IMG/VR virus record: IMGVR_UViG_3300009183_000053
DNA length: 57,431 nucleotides
DNA from: an uncultured virus (IMG/VR IMGVR_UViG_3300009183_000053)
Lineage: Duplodnaviria > Heunggongvirae > Uroviricota > Caudoviricetes
Reading direction: 5' to 3' (one strand)
Position 1 is the stretch's first letter. Each line of letters begins with the position of its first letter. Positions 1-9,873 of this stretch are shown one piece after another. A program made the translations under genes and the position numbers. The notes under the pieces are model-generated. The model did not search any database. It was not told where the DNA came from and saw nothing but the letters and a program-made list of their open reading frames with translations.

Positions 1-1252
1 TACCTTTAACTCCATTGAGAGCAGTAGCATTAGCAATTGCTGCACCGCCTGCGCCAACAGCCACAGCAAAAACACCGCCGGCCGTTGAAATGGATCCTCT
101 AAGAACACCACCAGCGCCGCCGCCGCCGTTCGCATTAGTAGTATTGTGGTTACCACCACTACCACCGCCAGCTACAATTAGTGCTTCAAAACTAAGTCCC
201 GGAGTGATTACAACATTTGCTGAATATGTTCCTGTTGTGATTGATAGTGTTTTTGTTTCAGCAACTTTGACTTTTGTTGGTACACTAAGTGTGAAAGCAC
301 CTGATGCTGAAGTAAAGTAACCTGTTAAAGAAGTGCCGTTTAAATCTGCTGTTGTTACGCCAGTTATTGTATAAGATACATTTGCTGAATTACTATCATA
401 CAAAGTGAAATTGATAGTTGTTCCACTAAAAACTGTGTTTGCTGGATTTAAAAATCCATTGACCAATGGTGTGGTGGTACCATTCCATGCGTATGTACCA
501 GAATAAACACCCTTAGTTGTTACGCCTGTTGTTACATAAGTTGTTGCATTAACTGTTTGGCTGGTCAAACAACCAGTAAATGTTGCAGAACTTGATGTTG
601 TCGTATTGAATACTGTGTCGGTTATTACTAAACCTGCACCGCCAGAATAATCAGCAGCGGCATTTGCTCCATTATAGAACGTAGAGTTATATACTTTACC
701 TGTTGGATTACCACCGTTATCATATTGTACTGACCAAGCATTGTTGGAATTTACTTCTTGGAATATTGTATTATATGCCGAACCTCTGAAGTTTACAGAC
801 TCATCATTTAAAACTGATACTGTATAACTGGTTGTTCGTCCACTGTTGTTGCGCTTTAATATGGCGCCATAAATGGCCGAACTAGAATTTACAAAATTGA
901 GTGGCGCAAAATCTCGTACTGCGGTTGCATCAGTACAGTTTATGATTACTTGACCGGCAGAACAAACAAATATTCTAGGATTCCCACCGTCACTTATACA
1001 TGCTGCGCCATAACCATTAGCTAATGCGGTTGCTGATATATTATATGTGCCAGCAAGAATGACAATGGTTACTGATGTTGCTGTACCGCTTGTTGCACTT
1101 AATGCCGCTGCAATGGTCAAGTACGGTGTGCTTACCGTATTGCCGTTATTACTGTCACTACCCGAAGCACTTACATATTTTACCGATGCTGAACCAGCTA
1201 CGATTAACTCGTAACTATCTGGAAATCCATAAGTCGCTAATACATTTGCCAT
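1..1252 (-). CDS. Partial fibre/adhesin gene running off the window start: N-terminal DUF1565/beta-helix-type motif plus Gly-rich domain
   Basis: Absent from the ORF track. ATG at 1252 reads MANVLATYGFPDSYELIVAGSASVKYVSASGSDSNNGNTVSTPYLTIAAAL..VTIVILAGTY. The same frame near base 190 reads FEALIVAGGGSGG..GGGGAGG, the start motif of the other Gly-rich proteins. Only these two parts were translated by hand. Confidence 0.8.
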   Translation of the reverse strand, partial: MANVLATYGFPDSYELIVAGSASVKYVSASGSDSNNGNTVSTPYLTIAAALSATSGTATSVTIVILAGTYNISATALANGYGAACISDGGNPRIFVCSAGQVIINCTDATAVRDFAPLNFVNSSSAIYGAILKRNNSGRTTSYTVSVLNDESVNFRGSAYNTIFQEVNSNNAWSVQYDNGGNPTGKVYNSTFYNGANAAADYSGGAGLVITDTVFNTTTSSSATFTGCLTSQTVNATTYVTTGVTTKGVYSGTYAWNGTTTPLVNGFLNPANTVFSGTTINFTLYDSNSANVSYTITGVTTADLNGTSLTGYFTSASGAFTLSVPTKVKVAETKTLSITTGTYSANVVITPGLSFEALIVAGGGSGGNHNTTNANGGGGAGGVLRGSISTAGGVFAVAVGAGGAAIANATALNGVKG

Positions 1253-1294
1253 TTATTTTTTAATCAACCACATGAGTTTTCAAAAAAACTCCTG

Positions 1295-2602
1295 TTAAGC
1301 TTTTCTTACCAAGAACATGTCTCTATATAGACTGTCATTTCCTATTACGTATGCATAATATGCTTCATTATTAACCACGAATGTTTGACCTGGTGTGTAG
1401 TATTGTTGTAAGAAAGTATCTGATCCACTCATACTCTTATATAATCCTATTGCTGTACCGCCAGCAGTTGTTGCGCCTTGTGTGTTCTTTGCAAATACAA
1501 TTGGAAATGCAGGAGGAACAAAAGTGCCTGTCGATGGATCCATTGTTGGACCAGTTACTTGATAATTTCCTCTGATTTTTGATTTAAAATTGGAAAATCC
1601 TGATGAAGGACACATTGGTACTTGCATCTCATTTGCCCAATGGTATCTAGGATCTCTGATGTAAGTATTCCACTGTGATGTTGAATAGGAATAAGCTGAA
1701 AGTGGATCGATATAGTTGCCTGATAGGTCAAGCACAGCGGCAGATGTGGCGTTGTTGACTTGGTTGTTTATTCGATACCAAAATGGTGAATTGTTTACTG
1801 TGCCTGAACTTGAAAGAGTTCTTGTCCACATACTTGCATTTGATCCACAAGATTGGTCGTAATAGGCCGAGGCATCATAACAAACACTTGCTATCGGTGG
1901 ATTATCGTTATATGAATCTTCCCAAGCTTGAGTAGTTCTTAGTCCGACATACATCATACCACCAGGTCCATAACCTGCCGTTGATGATAGGCCGCCTGAC
2001 ATTAATATAAAATATCGTTCAGTGCTAGCCACCAACCATTCACCTCCTTGTACTCCTGGTCCCCATGGAGTATAATTATATGCAGTGGTTGAAGTATCTG
2101 TTCTATTAACATCAAATCGGTTACTAGTATATTCTCCACCATAACTAGGCATATATTGAGCTGTACCTAACAAATAATTTCCACCCGCATTAGCAGTTGT
2201 ATTGAAACCGTGTGAAACTAATATGTGAGGATAAGTTGTATATGCTCCATTGAAAAGATGATTCACATTAGTTCTAAAACTCAACTTGCGAAACGGATAT
2301 GCACCCTTACCACTATCTCTAGATAGGTCTAATGTATAAGGCGAAGCAAAACTTGTACTATAGTCTGAAGTTATGTTTGTATTAGCGGTGTTCGCCCAAC
2401 CACCACCTTCAGCATTACTGATAACCTGTGTGATTACATCTGCTCCAGCAGGTGTAACTGCCGGTGCAGTTTGTGATAAAGCACTTGGTGTTGAGTTTGC
2501 AGCTGCAGTAGTTATAGCTCGTATTGCTCGTAAAAAATTTATAGCAACTGCTTTTTGGTCGGTTACTGTACCGTTAACTGATGGGTTAATTCTACATAAC
2601 AT
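1295..2602 (-). CDS. Hypothetical virion protein (Ser/Thr/Gly/Tyr-rich), probable fibre tip component
   Basis: 435-aa ORF in the fibre operon, upstream GGAG RBS, no family recognised. Confidence 0.6.
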   Translation of the reverse strand: MLCRINPSVNGTVTDQKAVAINFLRAIRAITTAAANSTPSALSQTAPAVTPAGADVITQVISNAEGGGWANTANTNITSDYSTSFASPYTLDLSRDSGKGAYPFRKLSFRTNVNHLFNGAYTTYPHILVSHGFNTTANAGGNYLLGTAQYMPSYGGEYTSNRFDVNRTDTSTTAYNYTPWGPGVQGGEWLVASTERYFILMSGGLSSTAGYGPGGMMYVGLRTTQAWEDSYNDNPPIASVCYDASAYYDQSCGSNASMWTRTLSSSGTVNNSPFWYRINNQVNNATSAAVLDLSGNYIDPLSAYSYSTSQWNTYIRDPRYHWANEMQVPMCPSSGFSNFKSKIRGNYQVTGPTMDPSTGTFVPPAFPIVFAKNTQGATTAGGTAIGLYKSMSGSDTFLQQYYTPGQTFVVNNEAYYAYVIGNDSLYRDMFLVRKA

Positions 2603-2607
2603 ATTTT

Positions 2608-3810
2608 TTACTCCGTTAGTAATGAATAATCATTAATTGTGAATCTTCGAACACTGCTTCCGTCAACGTAAGTTGTGTGTGCTCCGTATATATTTTCAGG
2701 AATTTTATATAATCCATAAATTACAGACAATACGTTGCCGTTATCTTCGTGATTAATAAACACTGGATTTTCTATTACAACTACAGAACCATTTTCATTA
2801 TATTTTCTTAATGGTGGTGTACTGACCAGGCTCATGGCGGCCTGTGGGCCATAAGAATTAGTTGTAAACTTATATCTATAGGCGTTGGTTCCACCGAAAT
2901 ATTCAGATTCTAAATCAATGCCTACCATTAATGATTCGCCTGTATATATTCTTGACACACCATTTTTACCAATGTCAAAAATACCAATAGATGTTGCATT
3001 GTATGGACTACTTATAACAAGCATTTTACTACTTATAACAATGTCGATACCGTGTTGTAGACCATAAGCATTAAATGTGTTTGGTAATATGTTGGCACTT
3101 ACAGGTCTAAAAACTTGCCAGTAAGTAAATCCAAATACTGAGTTCATCTCGTTTGTTGTTGACGTAACATAAGTGCCGGTTGATCCAGTTGTGCCAGTTA
3201 TTTGTGATGAAATTGTTGTAGATGGAGAAACACTATTTGGATCATAAGAATTTGCGCCACTATTTCCTAATGCAAATTCGCCAGCTTTTGGAAACATCAA
3301 ACACATGGCGCCACTGAAGTTGGCGCCTGCGGTTCCAGTAGAATAATATCTATCATAATTTGGACCGATTATATCACCAACAGCCAGTGTGTATCCAAGT
3401 TTTAAATTGCCAACAGCATTAACTGTCATTGTTGTACCAGAAAATTTTGCTTGTATGTATCCAATAGATTCATACTTTACTACTTCTCTGGAATTAACTA
3501 GAGTATCGGTACCAGATGTGTATGTGTTTGCAAGTGTTATGGTTGTTAATTTTGTTGCATCATAAGATAATCTGATGTAATCGAGGTCGCCATAATCGTT
3601 ATGTATTTTACTGTAAGTGTCTGAACCTGCAGCAGTTCCTACTCGAGCATATTTTGCAGAAGGATATGTTCCATAGAATACTGTGTTTGCTGTATCGCAA
3701 CCTACACTTAAATGTGCTGTCGTATTGGCCAAACCTCTAATGATATTATCTATATCAGTTCTCATGGTGGTAACGTTAGCCGTACTGTTCATTCTATATC
3801 TAACTAACAT
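2608..3810 (-). CDS. Hypothetical virion protein, probable fibre tip component
   Basis: 400-aa ORF coupled to the upstream stop (TAATG overlap); N-terminus loosely similar to 1295..2602. Confidence 0.6.
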   Translation of the reverse strand: MLVRYRMNSTANVTTMRTDIDNIIRGLANTTAHLSVGCDTANTVFYGTYPSAKYARVGTAAGSDTYSKIHNDYGDLDYIRLSYDATKLTTITLANTYTSGTDTLVNSREVVKYESIGYIQAKFSGTTMTVNAVGNLKLGYTLAVGDIIGPNYDRYYSTGTAGANFSGAMCLMFPKAGEFALGNSGANSYDPNSVSPSTTISSQITGTTGSTGTYVTSTTNEMNSVFGFTYWQVFRPVSANILPNTFNAYGLQHGIDIVISSKMLVISSPYNATSIGIFDIGKNGVSRIYTGESLMVGIDLESEYFGGTNAYRYKFTTNSYGPQAAMSLVSTPPLRKYNENGSVVVIENPVFINHEDNGNVLSVIYGLYKIPENIYGAHTTYVDGSSVRRFTINDYSLLTE

Positions 3811-4124
3811 TACTGGTCTCCTTGTGATACTGATTGTACTTCTGTATTTGCATCAGGTACTGGATCAGGAATTATTGGTTCTTGATAGCTTAAATCTGCG
3901 ACCTGAATAAATTTTACAGACTCTAAATTTTCAAAACTATGAAAGTAATATGTACCAGCTGGTACTTGAGTAACAGCAGTTTGAATTTGTCCGTTACCGT
4001 GTTCGGCCACAAATTGTTCGGTAATATATGATAAAGGTGATTCACCATCAGGAACATTACCTGTAAATTCATAGACATAACCCGAATAAATTGAAAAAAT
4101 TTGTTTGAAATAGTAATTTGTCAT
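3810..4124 (-). CDS. Small acidic hypothetical protein (likely start MTNYYF at 4124, not 4184)
   Basis: ATG at 4124 lies just after the upstream stop and a CTAAATA late-promoter-like box; avoids a 50-bp overlap. Confidence 0.65.
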   Translation of the reverse strand: MTNYYFKQIFSIYSGYVYEFTGNVPDGESPLSYITEQFVAEHGNGQIQTAVTQVPAGTYYFHSFENLESVKFIQVADLSYQEPIIPDPVPDANTEVQSVSQGDQ

Positions 4125-4134
4125 AGTCTTATAT

Positions 4135-5022
4135 TTAGGTGTTTGTATATTTAATTCTAACAAATAAGTCTGTTGCGGATGCACCGTTCACATCTAAAGT
4201 TAGATAGTCGGTAGTCGCCAAACTTACACTTATATTTGCCGGAGTCATAACAGTTTGATTCTGAGTAATGGTAAATGTATTACCTATACTTGTTCCATTT
4301 TTCTTAATAATGTACGTGAAATTACCAGAAGTGGCCGCAGTTGATAAATTGGCATATACTGTAGTTAATGACATTGCTCTAGGTGGATAAAACCTACTTG
4401 TGCCTGTGTATGGTGAAGTGATTGCACCTGTCATTGTCAAACTTATATATGTATCTACAGATGAACCGCCGCCAGTATTGGCAGCATTGTAAGCCGAATT
4501 TGCTCTAGCAAAAGCTGCGTTAGCAAAGATTGCACCAGAATTGGCTGTTACAAAGGAACCATTGGCAAAACTGGCTGCTGAGTTGGCAGTTATAAAAGAA
4601 CCATTAGCAAAGATTGCACCAGAATTGGCTGTTACAAAGGAACCATTGGCAAAACTGGCTGCTGAGTTGGCAGTTATAAAAGAACCATTAGCAAAACTTG
4701 CAGCTGAATTGGATGTTGTGAAGGCACCATTAGCAAAACTGGCTGCCGAATTGGCCACAGTAAAAGAACCATTAGCAAATGAACCTGCTGAGTTTGCAGT
4801 GTTATATGCATTGTTGGCTTGACCTCTTACCCATGTGTCTGTAGAATTGTTTGCTTGAGAAAATGCTGCGTTTGCCTGTATGAAAGCTGCATTTGCTGTT
4901 GCTGATGCTTGTCCTGCATCGGTAGGAACTCTTGTCCATGTACCATAAGTGGTACTATAGGTATATGTTATACCATTTACTGTGGCCTGTTGGCCATTTG
5001 TTGGACTGGTTGGAAATGCCAT
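4135..5022 (-). CDS. Short fibre protein: FPTSPTNGQ N-domain, Asn/Ala heptad coiled coil, C-terminal beta-rich domain
   Basis: ANSAASF/ANGSFVT heptads; C-terminal ~110 aa with alternating beta pattern. Confidence 0.7.
   Translation of the reverse strand: MAFPTSPTNGQQATVNGITYTYSTTYGTWTRVPTDAGQASATANAAFIQANAAFSQANNSTDTWVRGQANNAYNTANSAGSFANGSFTVANSAASFANGAFTTSNSAASFANGSFITANSAASFANGSFVTANSGAIFANGSFITANSAASFANGSFVTANSGAIFANAAFARANSAYNAANTGGGSSVDTYISLTMTGAITSPYTGTSRFYPPRAMSLTTVYANLSTAATSGNFTYIIKKNGTSIGNTFTITQNQTVMTPANISVSLATTDYLTLDVNGASATDLFVRIKYTNT
4520..4695. repeat. Perfect 84-bp tandem duplication (4 heptads)
   Basis: ttagcaaagattgcaccagaattggctgtt... starts at 4520 and again at 4604. Confidence 0.9.
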
Positions 5023-5048
5023 TTAAAATATCTCTGTTGTATTATGAA

Positions 5049-5056
5049 TATTTATT
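5049..5056 (-). promoter_or_regulatory. Late promoter-like box AATAAATA
   Basis: Upstream of 5022. Confidence 0.55.
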
Positions 5057-6008
5057 AGAACGTAATGGAGCCTGAAGCATTAAATACATAAACTCTATAA
5101 CCACCTGCTACTGTGTATGTTGGTGAACCTGATGTTGCTGTAACTGCCGGATTAGAATCTGCAAACCGTATGATTACAATACCAGAACCACCTGTAGTGG
5201 CACTACCACCGCCACCGGCACCACCGCCTGTATTAACTGTGCCATTTTGTTGACCGCCATTGTTACCAGCGCCACGTCCGCCACCACCAAGACCACCTGC
5301 ACCACCTGCGTAAGCGCTAATATTTTCTACACCGCCACCACCACCGCCTGCATAATAGGTTGATGTTCCTGATATATTAAAAGATAATCCAACACCGCCA
5401 GCTGCGCCATTACTATTTACTGTACCTGATGCACCAGCACCACCTGCACCACCACCTGCACCAGCACTTGCAGATGCTGCGTTGAATCCTGTACCGCCAC
5501 CATATCCTTGTCTAGGAGGACCAACAGTACCTGCGCCACCTGCATTTGACCCATGACCACCGCCACCACCAGAACCACCATCGCCACCAAGACCACTGTA
5601 AGTGGCATAATAACCACCACGACCACCACCTATTGCAGTAATTGATGTGCCGACAATTGATCCATCAGATGCAACAAAAGAAACTGATGATGGACATGTA
5701 ATTAAACTGTTTGAACCGCTTGCATTTGTGCCTCCGCCAGCACCAACTGTAACAGTATATGCTCCAGCTGAAACTATTATGGTACCATACAGTAATCCAC
5801 CAGCACCGCCGCCTCCCGAATAATTAACGGAACCTCCACCACCTCCACCACCTGCAACAATAAGTGCTTGTATGTTGATTCTTGGCGCAGGCCAATTGCC
5901 TGCAGCTTTAGCTATTCTTTGGTCATCAGCAGAGTATACACCACCACTAGAACTACCTAATATTGTTTGTGTTGTACCTATGATACCAAAATTACTTCTT
6001 GTTCTCAT
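5055..6008 (-). CDS. Glycine-rich domain protein (putative receptor-binding tip)
   Basis: ALIVAGGGGGG...YYAGGGGGG...GGSGIVIIRF...YRVYVFNASGSITF motif set. Confidence 0.8.
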   Translation of the reverse strand: MRTRSNFGIIGTTQTILGSSSGGVYSADDQRIAKAAGNWPAPRINIQALIVAGGGGGGGSVNYSGGGGAGGLLYGTIIVSAGAYTVTVGAGGGTNASGSNSLITCPSSVSFVASDGSIVGTSITAIGGGRGGYYATYSGLGGDGGSGGGGGHGSNAGGAGTVGPPRQGYGGGTGFNAASASAGAGGGAGGAGASGTVNSNGAAGGVGLSFNISGTSTYYAGGGGGGVENISAYAGGAGGLGGGGRGAGNNGGQQNGTVNTGGGAGGGGSATTGGSGIVIIRFADSNPAVTATSGSPTYTVAGGYRVYVFNASGSITF

Positions 6009-6009
6009 T

Positions 6010-6366
6010 TTAGATAGTAATTAATTCATAACCCGCTGACATGTGTATTGCTGAGTTTGCGCTCACAACAGTTTGCAACACATCATTTTCTTCCAAATAA
6101 ATTGGACTATCTTTACCTAATAAAACTAATGTTGAATTTGGAGGTACGTTAACTTTTGCACCTAAGAAATATGTTGTGCCACTACGATTGATTATTGCAT
6201 TAGCAGAAACCACATCTGAGTTATTATAGTTTGTAAAAATTATTGAATTTAATTTTACAACTGTATTAGCTGAAACAGTAATAACATTTGATGATACGGT
6301 TGTACAGTTTGCTGTGGCAGTCTTGCCTGTTATTGTATTTGCACTGATTAAATTTGGTGCGGCCAT
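6010..6366 (-). CDS. ~110-aa beta-sandwich-like virion protein (putative adaptor, copy 4)
   Basis: Pattern shared with 8998, 12084 and 16678 ORFs (..IIFTN..STLVL..IYLEENDVL..GYEL). Confidence 0.7.
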   Translation of the reverse strand: MAAPNLISANTITGKTATANCTTVSSNVITVSANTVVKLNSIIFTNYNNSDVVSANAIINRSGTTYFLGAKVNVPPNSTLVLLGKDSPIYLEENDVLQTVVSANSAIHMSAGYELITI

Positions 6367-6367
6367 T

Positions 6368-7300
6368 TTATCCTCCGAATACTAATGAATACCCAACAAC
6401 CCTGGCATTATTTGTGGAACTTGTTGTTGAAGATGCAGTAGTTGTGTTTGAAAATGTTGGTGATACTATATCTACCCAATTGTTACTTGTGCCATCGTTT
6501 ATATATTCATAAAGAATGTCTGTTGCAATTATGTACCATTGGTCTCCCACTTTCGGACTTGTTGGTGCAGTGTTTGATGCAGTATAGGTGATGCCTGCTC
6601 CACCAGTATTTGCTTTTAAGAAGGCTGCATTAGCAGTACTGTATGCATTGTTGGCTTGGTTTCTCACCCATGTATCTGTGGAACCTGTATTTGCCTGAGC
6701 ATAGGCAGCATTAGCCCTATCAAAAGCACCATTAGCAAAACTGGCCGCAGCATTTGCAGTTACAAAAGCACCGTTAGCAAATGAACCTGCATTGTTTGCT
6801 TGTAAGAAAGCACCATTTGCAAAAGAAGAACCTGTGTTTGCAACTCCATAACTGGAATTAGCCCTATCGAAAGCACCGTTAGCAAACGATGCAGCTGCAT
6901 TGGCTGTTATGAAAGAACTGTTCGCAAATGAGGCACTAGAATTAACAGAAGCAAAGGCACCATTAGCAAATGAGGCTGCATTGTTTGATTGTTCGTAACT
7001 TGAATTTGCTCTTAAGAAAGCACCGTTAGCAAATGTTGCACCGGAGTTTGCGGTTGTAAATGATGCATTAGCAAATGTTGCACCGGAGTTGGCTGAATTA
7101 AATGCGTTGTTGGCCTGTGTTCTAACCCAGCTGTCGGTTGCATTATTGGCTGTATTGAATGCCGCATTAGCTCTATCAAAGGAACCATTTGCAAATGCAG
7201 CTGCCGTGTTTGCTTGGCCAAAGGCTGCATTAGCCCGTACAAATGCATCACTTGCAGTTGTATCATCTATAATAAATGGTTTTATTTTTAATAGTGACAT
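6368..7300 (-). CDS. Asn/Ala heptad coiled-coil fibre with APTSPKVGDQWY module and hydrophobic C-terminus YSLVFGG
   Basis: Translated sequence. Confidence 0.75.
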   Translation of the reverse strand: MSLLKIKPFIIDDTTASDAFVRANAAFGQANTAAAFANGSFDRANAAFNTANNATDSWVRTQANNAFNSANSGATFANASFTTANSGATFANGAFLRANSSYEQSNNAASFANGAFASVNSSASFANSSFITANAAASFANGAFDRANSSYGVANTGSSFANGAFLQANNAGSFANGAFVTANAAASFANGAFDRANAAYAQANTGSTDTWVRNQANNAYSTANAAFLKANTGGAGITYTASNTAPTSPKVGDQWYIIATDILYEYINDGTSNNWVDIVSPTFSNTTTASSTTSSTNNARVVGYSLVFGG

Positions 7301-7321
7301 TTTTTATTGAAGTGATATCTC

Positions 7322-7699
7322 TTAAATGTTTTCAATCTTTTTTACTTTTTCCCAATAATCTTCTGGACATGTTTGTGCTGAATTGGGATCATGCTGTTCT
7401 CCATAAATATCTTCAACCACTTCCCCATCAATATTTCTTAAAGCAAATACACAATAATAAATTGTGTCATCTTCTAAAGCAACAATTTTATGTTCTTGTT
7501 CTTTTTTAATAATAATAAAAGTTGGTGCGGTGAATTGTTTTGGTTCTTTACCTTCAACAGTAACTTCTACTTTACCTTTTGTTAGTAACGTTACATGGTC
7601 AAAAAAATGTTTGTGGCCAGGAGCTTTATCTTCCTTTCTTTCCAAAACATGTTGTCTAACCCAAATGTTTCCAAAATAACCAAGTTCATGCGATGACAT
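7322..7699 (-). CDS. Cupin-fold protein
   Basis: GHKHFFDHVTLL..G.V.V motif and later EH.I.ALED, typical RmlC-like cupin metal ligands. Confidence 0.7.
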   Translation of the reverse strand: MSSHELGYFGNIWVRQHVLERKEDKAPGHKHFFDHVTLLTKGKVEVTVEGKEPKQFTAPTFIIIKKEQEHKIVALEDDTIYYCVFALRNIDGEVVEDIYGEQHDPNSAQTCPEDYWEKVKKIENI

Positions 7700-7714
7700 A
7701 ATAATATAAACCTT

Positions 7715-8095
7715 TTAAACAGTTACTACTGGTGTTGATTCTCCGTCAGAGATATCTTTCCATGAAAGTGTTTCTTCATCCCAACTATACACTTTACCAT
7801 CTGTAGGCATAGCGACTGGCGCAGTCCACAAACAAGTGTCTTCTACTAATGTCCAACTATTATATGGTTTAGGTGGTATGAATGCATCACGACCTGAGTC
7901 ATAAGTATATCCTGTACCAGCATAATTCTTTCTCAATGGTGTTCCACCTAATGTGTGTACACCGGCATGTGTGTTGTAACTTGTTTGTACGAAAGAACTA
8001 GGTTCTCCGAATAAACCTGTATCAATCACATCTTGTTCTATTACTAGAACTTTTGTTACGATGTTGTTTTCATCTATTTGTGCGAAATGTGCCAT
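7715..8095 (-). CDS. Conserved phage protein (MAHFAQ...QTSYN...RKNYAG...DAFI...WDE), possible fibre assembly chaperone
   Basis: Motifs recognised from proteins usually adjacent to Gly-rich fibre genes; function inferred. Confidence 0.6.
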   Translation of the reverse strand: MAHFAQIDENNIVTKVLVIEQDVIDTGLFGEPSSFVQTSYNTHAGVHTLGGTPLRKNYAGTGYTYDSGRDAFIPPKPYNSWTLVEDTCLWTAPVAMPTDGKVYSWDEETLSWKDISDGESTPVVTV

Positions 8096-8104
8096 TTTTA
8101 CCTC

Positions 8105-8998
8105 TTAAGAAATTCTATATTTAACAATTACAATACCTGAACCACCAGCTTTTGCACCGCTGCCATTCCAGCCTGCGCCGCCACCGCCACCCATGTTAGC
8201 TACACCAGTTTCATCTGCTCTACCGGCACCTTGGCCACCAATTCCTCTGTATCTTTCATAGTTTTGTCCATATCCACTATTAATTCCAATACCGCCGCCG
8301 CCACCAACAAATGTAACTGTGTTTCCTTTTATCATAAAATATTGTGGAGGTCCACCTCCACCACCTACATCACCACCAAGGGGACTTCCTCGGCCTGCTG
8401 CACCAGAACCACCGTGTGAATAATAATTGCTACCTGATGTACCTGTTTGGAAACCATTGCCACTGATAGAATATATCCAACTGGTTTGTCCGCTTTGTGG
8501 ATTTGATCCACCAGTCGATGTTACACTTATGCCTGTTCCGATAAAAGAAGATGATGTTGCAGTACCAACAGTCCCAGCTGCTTGGCCACCACCAATTGTT
8601 ACTGTGTATGTTGCTGCTGCTAAAGTTGCTAGTGCTGAACCCTCAACAGCTATATCTCTAGTAAAAAGATTTGAATTTTCTGCACCATAATATTTTACTT
8701 GGCCACCAGCACCACCGGTTGTACTCGTATGGCCACCACTACCAGCACCCACAACTAACAATTCAATACTATTATTGGATGCACCTAAAGAACTTACTAC
8801 AAATGAACCACTTGATGTGAATGTATGTACTTTGTAAGTTGCATTATTTGCATCTATAAATGTAGTAACTGTACCACCTGTGGCCGTAGGTCCAACTGTG
8901 ACAGCACCGCCACCACCGCCAGCTGAAGCGACTGGTTGCTGGTAAGATATAGTCCTATTAAAAGCTAATCCACTTAAGGAAGATTTTTTAATTGCCAT
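8105..8998 (-). CDS. Glycine-rich domain protein (putative receptor-binding tip)
   Basis: ATGGTVT..YKVHTFTSSGSF..IELLVVGAG...GGSGIVIVKY. Confidence 0.8.
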   Translation of the reverse strand: MAIKKSSLSGLAFNRTISYQQPVASAGGGGGAVTVGPTATGGTVTTFIDANNATYKVHTFTSSGSFVVSSLGASNNSIELLVVGAGSGGHTSTTGGAGGQVKYYGAENSNLFTRDIAVEGSALATLAAATYTVTIGGGQAAGTVGTATSSSFIGTGISVTSTGGSNPQSGQTSWIYSISGNGFQTGTSGSNYYSHGGSGAAGRGSPLGGDVGGGGGPPQYFMIKGNTVTFVGGGGGIGINSGYGQNYERYRGIGGQGAGRADETGVANMGGGGGAGWNGSGAKAGGSGIVIVKYRIS

Positions 8999-9327
8999 TA
9001 GTAATTCTCCGAACCAAACGCACTAAAGGTAACGTTGCCTGTGTTAGCATAAACAGTAAGAACATCAGTTGCTGCTAGTGTTAAACCTAATGTCAAAGCA
9101 ACAGTATCACTTGCACCTAAAACTGTGTCGTATGAAATGTATTGTGAATTGGCCAATGATGCACCAGCTGGACGACAAGCAATTCTAAAACCTGTGGTAT
9201 TTGCTGACAAATTTGCAATTGAAATTGTAGAAATTACTGTGCTGTTTGCTGCTGGCACTGTGTAAAGAGTTGTTGCAGTATTTGGTGCTGGATTAGATTG
9301 ACCTAAAATTTTTAAGACCGATGGCAT
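8998..9327 (-). CDS. ~110-aa putative adaptor (copy 3)
   Basis: KILGQSNP..TATTLYTVPAA..RIACRPAGA..FGSE, clearly paralogous to 12084..12413. Confidence 0.8.
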   Translation of the reverse strand: MPSVLKILGQSNPAPNTATTLYTVPAANSTVISTISIANLSANTTGFRIACRPAGASLANSQYISYDTVLGASDTVALTLGLTLAATDVLTVYANTGNVTFSAFGSENY

Positions 9328-9330
9328 TTG

Positions 9331-9600
9331 TTAAGCTCCCATTAATAAAAAAGTGTTTGTATATGTTAATGCAACATTAGCGTTTACTAATGCAACATTA
9401 GCGGTTGCGTATGAAGAATTTGCTGTATTTGCGGAAGACCTTGCAAATGCTTCGGTGACTGATGGTGTACCACCTACAGTTGTACCATCATGCACGACTA
9501 CCACACCTTTAGTTGTGTCAACAGTAACTTCTCCGGTTGCTCCGGTAAAGATTATGGTCTGTGCAGTAGTTCCTCGCCTAAATTGTAGTTGTGTAGCCAT
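9331..9600 (-). CDS. Mini-fibre: Mtd_N/hyaluronidase-type N-terminal domain, short coil, C-terminal FLLMGA
   Basis: LQFRRGTTAQ..FTGATGEVTVDT..VVVHDG..GG motif. Confidence 0.75.
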   Translation of the reverse strand: MATQLQFRRGTTAQTIIFTGATGEVTVDTTKGVVVVHDGTTVGGTPSVTEAFARSSANTANSSYATANVALVNANVALTYTNTFLLMGA

Positions 9601-9619
9601 TTATATTCCTTAATATAAG

Positions 9620-9627
9620 TATTTATG
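9620..9627 (-). promoter_or_regulatory. Late promoter-like box CATAAATA
   Basis: Upstream of 9600. Confidence 0.55.
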
Positions 9628-9862
9628 TTAAATAACCCGCATCGAGTGGGATTAAACTATCTGGATAAAAAACTGATATTGTTGTTTTATTATCCCAAAT
9701 TCTACCATACTGTTCTAGACCTAATCCACCAAAAATTTCTTGTGCTACTGAACCGTAATCACCCAAAGGAAATTTAACCTGAGTAAATGTGTCTGAACTT
9801 GTATATCCTAAATCAATTAATGTTTGGTTGTCTATGTTTCTTCTGTTGATTTTTGTTGCCAT
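9623..9862 (-). CDS. 79-aa protein with repeated D-x-G motifs (DLGY, DYGS, DAGY)
   Basis: Upstream AAGGA RBS; fills the gap in the operon. Confidence 0.65.
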   Translation of the reverse strand: MATKINRRNIDNQTLIDLGYTSSDTFTQVKFPLGDYGSVAQEIFGGLGLEQYGRIWDNKTTISVFYPDSLIPLDAGYLT

Positions 9863-9873
9863 TTTTTAATCCT

